In this document: one piece after another, positions 59,421 to 64,000 of the stretch
Position numbering within the stretch: the stretch's first letter is position 1
How the letters are laid out: the number at the start of each line of letters is the position of its first letter
Assembly: GCA_976226885.1 (NCBI GenBank)
Contig: OZ320319.1
Coordinates: 66,464,001-66,528,000, forward strand
Direction: 5' to 3'
Source of the DNA: Iphione sp. A-MEVVRFRX5
Taxonomy: Eukaryota
Length of the DNA: 64,000 nucleotides
Translations under genes and position numbers: made by a program
The notes under the pieces: generated by a model
What the model saw: the letters and a program-made list of their open reading frames with translations, nothing else
What the model was told of the DNA's origin: nothing
The model's database searches: none

Positions 59421-59781
59421 CTGTAAGGACGGGGCAACGTGGAGACTGCAGAGTGCTTAGGTTGACAACGGTGGGATAAATAGTCCCCATAGACAGTTAT
59501 ACTAAACGCGCGAGAATTGACTAAATATTCTGTATTTTAATTTTTCCTCTTGGATTTAAAAGTCCCTACAATAGATACGTATGTGACCTCTGACGTGTAC
59601 ACGCCTGCCTAGTATTACGGGTCAGGATACTCACGAAAAGTCCCTGTTGGCTGCTTGCCGGGTCACGTCAAACTTTGAAAATGGTTGTTAGTTTTTTTTT
59701 CCGATGACACTTTCTCATTTCGACTGCATGTATGGATGGTACCAGCACGTAGGTCAATGTGACGTATGAAGGTGTACTCAC

Positions 59782-59926
59782 CTGGCAAGTCCCTTCTCAG
59801 TGACCCTGATTTCGGGCTGTAGGGGCTGCACGAAGGTTGGGACCATCTCAATGGTCTCAGGGCGACGGGTGGCGGTCAGGGTGACCTCGTGGGTCCTCTG
59901 TGGCAACTGCACTACTTTCTCAGATG
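59782..59926 (-). CDS. Titin-like exon, linker plus Ig start (MVPTFVQPLQPEIRVTEKGLAR)
   Basis: AG at 59928-59927, GTGAGT at 59781; 145 bp, phase 1-2. Confidence 0.82.
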
Positions 59927-60223
59927 CTGGAGGATGAAAACCCGAGACGGCAATTACTTTCCCAGAAATACTGGATTACGTTTAGTAAATCAAGTAAATA
60001 AATAAAGGAAATCACATCAATGATTAAATGCGAGACGCGACGTATATATATATATACATGTATGTCCTTTGACAATGTTCATTTACCCAGCTGAAGATCG
60101 TTTACGAAGTGCGACATTCCTAGATATATGCGGTTCCGTACACAGAAAGACATCCTATGAAGTTTTAGTTGTTATTATCCGTTAGTTTTGCTCGGAATGC
60201 GGCTAGGGTTTTTGGGTACTCAC

Positions 60224-60441
60224 GTCGGATGTTGAGCGTGGTGCGCCAGGTGATCTCGCCCTGTGGGTTCTTGGCCTTCAGCATGTACTCGCCAGCATCG
60301 TCCGGCTGTACGTTGAAGATGATGAGAGTGATGATGCCGCTCTCGTGGGCCACCTTGAACCGCTGCGAGGGGTGGATCACCCTGCTGTTCTTGTACCAGG
60401 TGAACTGTGGCGTCGGGTGCGCAGCGACCTGCACCAACAAC
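60224..60441 (-). CDS. Titin-like exon, C-terminal part of an Ig domain
   Basis: LLVQVAAHPTPQFTWYKN...DAGEYMLKAKNPQG; 218 bp, phase 2-1. Confidence 0.9.
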
Positions 60442-60844
60442 CTACGCAGAAAATTGGGAGAGAAAAAAAGGACCGTCAAAATTTCACCAAAGGTACGCAC
60501 GGGGATTTAGACGTACGGCAGCGAATCTTGTACATGTATGCCTTTAGGAAACATATTAGAATCACCCTTAAAATTTCTGTTCATACACAGTCCCTCATGA
60601 AAGACTCCCAACACTTATCAAATCTCTTTTGCAGACTGGTCCTGTAGAAATGAATTCCTGGACATTAAATAACTTCAATAAGACAGAATTGATGCTTCAA
60701 TCTGAGATGATGTTGTCCGATTAAGATGACTTTTGTGATTTATTTATGTCTATTATAGATAATATAGTATATGGAAATGTTGCTTTTAATGATTGTCTTT
60801 CGAAAAGACATGTGAAAGTGCAAAAATACAGCTGTTATTCATAC

Positions 60845-60962
60845 TTTGTGGTGTGTCCTACGGGGACTTCTCTCACTGGAGATGGACTCTTGACGATCAG
60901 TGGGGCCTGAGGAGGTGGTGTCTGAGCTACCTTCATCTGAGCCGTAGATACACGTGTAATAT
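60845..60962 (-). CDS. Titin-like exon, linker plus Ig start (APLIVKSPSPVREVPVGHTTK)
   Basis: ttgttttatatcAG at 60964-60963, GTATGA at 60844; 118 bp, phase 1-2, joining the neighbouring exons in frame. Confidence 0.75.
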
Positions 60963-61969
60963 CTGATATAAAACAAATAACTAAAGTAAGTGCACAGGGC
61001 CTTCTGAATGCACGAGTACTCAATCCTTGAAACTTCTATGTAGAATGAAGGGTTGTCTGAGACTACGTGAAACACTAGGAACAAGTCATTACTTACAGAC
61101 ACGTTGGAGTAGTTCTGTATAAAATCTAGATTTTTACACGCTTAAGAATCACGATCTTTCAAGCTATTAACTACTGCGTTTGAATGTATCTTATACATAT
61201 ATAGGCAATAAATATATATACTCACCGGTTAGGGAGTTGCACCGGATTGCATGCAAAGTAGCAATATGACTTCAAAATAGTTATCAACGCGCGTCATCGA
61301 ATGAGTGGCGGCGACAAGAAGGTTCAAGGCATTCATGGAGTTGGCGGGAAAATGGAGGAAAAAGTCGTCCATGCCTTCTGCGTTTCGAAATCATGCAACT
61401 GCCATAGCTAGGAACGCTGACATACCGGTATTGACTATGGCAGACGAAAAGCTCAACAAACAGGAGGTTGATGCTAACGTGTATGAAATACTACTCGCTA
61501 ATTAAAATGGTAAGTAACCATAAAACGCCATACAAAACTACAATCACACACATTCACACACGAAAATAAAAACAGGGATCTACAAACCAACTTGCATATA
61601 AGTAGAGAACGGGAGTGTATGTACTGCATAAAAACAACACCTGCAAAAGCACGGCTTGCATGCGATAACATCTGAGTTATTGAACATACAAATAGGATGC
61701 TGACGTATATCTTACAATAAATACAAAGCCTTAATCTATTTTTTGATGCTCAATAACATACAAATGCGGTCAGGCGGGAAAAACTTCAAAATATGAGCAG
61801 CCCACCACAGGGGCAAAATCTAAGGTATCAATAAGGTAACAGCCCAACACGAGGGGGCCGACCTAGGTGTTAATATTGTAAACGTACACAGTCATATATT
61901 AACAGCTCCAAGACAAGTGGCCAAGATAGGGTGTCCGTACGTATGTGGCCAACGTGAGATGCTCCTTAC

Positions 61970-62099
61970 CTTCTACGTGGAGTTCAGACGAGCACTCGGC
62001 AACTCCTGCCGTGTTGAAGGCGCGGCAGGTATAGATGCCTGTGTCGTAAATGCCTGGCTTGGTTATCGTCAGTGAGTGTCTGTTGAACTCCTGCGTGAT
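61970..62099 (-). CDS. Titin-like exon, C-terminal half of an Ig domain
   Basis: HSLTITKPGIYDTGIYTCRAFNTAG; phase 0-1. Confidence 0.87.
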
Positions 62100-62364
62100 C
62101 TGATAGCAGACATGATAGCCCCAGTCAGTGCCATGTACACGAAGTACAAAACTCAAACGTGGGCAATCTCTCTTCTCCGCGGAAAATAATTACAAAAGAG
62201 CAGAAGGTCGAAGGATCCGAAACCAGCATTGCAACGGCCCCATAAGAAATCAAGAAATTAATCGTAACTAAATTCTAAGCCTATCGTATCAGTCAAGTCT
62301 CACCTTCTTCTAGTCTGGTGTTTGTGAAAAATCCACTTGTTATAGAATAGCGAGGCTAGCCTAC

Positions 62365-62549
62365 CTTGTACTGCGGGCTGTTGTGGATCTGGTGCCCTTG
62401 GCGGAACCACACGACCTGAGGCTGTGGGCTTCCAGCCACGATGGCCTCGAAGCGCGATGGCTTGCCCTGTTGGGTGCTCACGCTAGAGATAGGTTTGACG
62501 AAGCGTGCTGCCTCAGACTCCGTGTCCAGTTCTGGTTCGCTTATCAAAG
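62365..62549 (-). CDS. Titin-like exon, N-terminal half of an Ig domain
   Basis: ARFVKPISSVSTQQGKPSRFEAIVAGSPQPQVVWFRQG; phase 1-0. Confidence 0.87.
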
Positions 62550-62741
62550 CTGCTCAGAGAACAGGAGGAATTGCCTTTAGGTACGTAAACTCTATAATAA
62601 ATTCACCAACTTACATCAATGGATCAAATTCACGACGACCGGCAAGATAAATATGACGCGACTTTGCTGCTGTTTTACATAATATATCTGTGAGAAACCT
62701 AATGTCTCTTAAGACCGCGATTGAGAACTAAGAGCACTTAC

Positions 62742-62930
62742 CGTTCACTTTGAGATGTGCTATACAGGTGACCTCGCCGGCCTGGTTACGAGCGGTACAC
62801 TTGTAGATGCCCTCGTCCTCGGGGAAGGCTCCCGCAATGCTGAGAGTGTGCTCGCCATGTTGGGATTTCATCTGGAAGTACTTCGATGGCTTGATGATGC
62901 TGTTGTTGTAGTACCATTGGACCACAGGAT
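62742..62930 (-). CDS. Titin-like exon, C-terminal part of an Ig domain
   Basis: PVVQWYYN...DEGIYKCTARNQAG; 189 bp, phase 1-1. Confidence 0.9.
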
Positions 62931-63254
62931 CTGTGCATTTGAAAGAAAGCATACCTGATTGTTACCCTTCTGCTACGATAGCTGCAGTTGTAATATTCTT
63001 ACCCTTGTTCATATAAACCATCAGCAAATGATGGGGATTTTTCTTTCTACATTTTTCAGTTTTGTGAGAGCATGTTTCCTTTGTATTAGTTTATCTTACA
63101 AAAGATAACATATACGCTCCTTAAATGTACGATCCACTGCTATCTTTTTACAACTAGACTAAGTCCTTTCTCTGATAGAGTCATCATCATACCTAATCGT
63201 AACTTAACGAGACAACCCAGTCTCTAACTCAGTCTCCAACCATCCGGAACTCAC

Positions 63255-63707
63255 CAGGAGTGGAGACGATCTTACAGACGAACATGGCCGGATGGCCCTC
63301 GTCGACTCGCTGGTCGCGCAGCGGCTCGACCAGCTGGGGCGCCACCTGCTGGTCAATGGGCACCTCGATGACCCTGGGTGCCAGGGCGGCCGTGGCCGGC
63401 TTCTTGACGTCGAGCCGGGCCGTACAGGTCGCCTTACCGAGCGGGTTGGTGACGACGCACTCGTAGCGCCCCACGTCCGACTCGCGCACCTCGTAGATAA
63501 GCAGCGTGTAGTGGTCCTCCTCGACGATGAACTTCCAGCGCGGGGACTCCTTCATGCGGATGGCGTTCTTGGCCCAGTGGACATCGGGGCGTGGGTGGCC
63601 GGACACCTGGCAGTCGAACGTGGCAGGCTCGCCCACCTTGATGTTAATGTCGTGCATCTGCACGCGGAACTCGGGCGGTAGCTCCTTCTCCTTGGCCGCC
63701 TGGTCAG
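63255..63707 (-). CDS. Titin-like exon, one Ig domain plus the start of the next
   Basis: LPPEFRVQM...DVGRYECVVTNPLG...APQLVEPL; AG at 63709-63708, GTGAGT at 63254; 453 bp, phase 1-1. Confidence 0.92.
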
Positions 63708-64000
63708 CTGCAGTTTACAAGAAACCAGTTAGGTTCTGATTCATCACACTGACATTGAGCACATCTTAACATATATTGTATGAAAGTAACTGTAGTCGAG
63801 TGTTAATCGTTTATCCCAAATTATCAATTTCCGTTTCTTGAAAAGGATTTTCTCTTTTAAAATTTGAAAAGTAAATTGTTTCTTATTGCAAGTATCAACA
63901 TAAGGATGGACGTTAGTTCCTGCTTATTGTGTATTAGGATCTGTACCTACAATATCTACAGGGATTATTGTTGCATTCAGTAATTGGCAGTTTTCCCCCT

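Larger units (their letters stand above)
128..63707 (-). other. Giant titin/Sallimus(kettin)-like muscle protein gene, internal portion (26 predicted exons, ~36 kb CDS, ~19 Ig-I domains, SH3, PEVK-like repeat exons); extends beyond both window ends
   Basis: Repeated Ig-I motifs (PxF..L..V.EG..A.F.C.V.G.P.P.V.W...D.G.Y.C.A.N..G) alternate with huge E/V/T/Q/P-rich ORFs and an SH3 domain. Hand-placed GT-AG junctions give matching phases for all 26 exons. The order Ig array, PEVK-like, SH3, Ig resembles Drosophila Sallimus. Confidence 0.9.

Noticed and set aside
60839-61102. Alternative frame DEGSSDTTSSGPTDRQ... for the exon near 60.9 kb
   Set aside because: The other frame (APLIVKSPSPVREVPVGHTTK) supplies the missing Ig A strand and has matching phases on both sides.
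57586-61230. Orphan minus-strand donor-like sites (GTAAGTA at ~57587; GTGAGT at ~61225)
   Set aside because: I found no acceptor giving an open, phase-compatible exon. They could mark non-coding alternative first exons, but this is unsupported.
28268-63739. Many short plus-strand or alternative-frame ORFs overlapping the titin exons
   Set aside because: Ser/Thr-rich antisense or off-frame readings of GC-rich Ig exons with no recognisable motifs.

Overview
Eukaryotic (most likely invertebrate animal) genomic DNA with no prokaryotic features. The whole window lies inside one giant minus-strand muscle gene of the titin/Sallimus(kettin)-like type. I built 26 exons by hand from GT/AG sites; they splice into one open frame from 63707 to 128 (~36 kb CDS, ~12,000 aa). 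They encode ~19 Ig-I domains, one SH3 domain and very large E/V/T/Q/P-rich (PEVK-like) exons built from tandem repeats; the gene continues beyond both window edges. The intron at 253-7490 holds, in antisense, an apparently intact ~6.6-kb CR1/L2-group non-LTR retrotransposon with three separate ORFs: (1) an ORF1 with coiled coil and RRM/CTD fused to a C-terminal NADAR (YbiA-like ADP-ribose/N-glycosidase) domain, (2) a stand-alone SGNH/GDSL hydrolase, (3) an APE endonuclease-reverse transcriptase. It also has splice-like signals in the spacers, a YY1-type motif at the 5' end and an AATAAA+(GTATCTT)3 tail. The NADAR-carrying LINE is the best candidate for an undescribed system. A 45-46-aa period recurring in four sequence-divergent titin repeat arrays is the second. 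All domain calls come from motif recognition by eye, not database searches.
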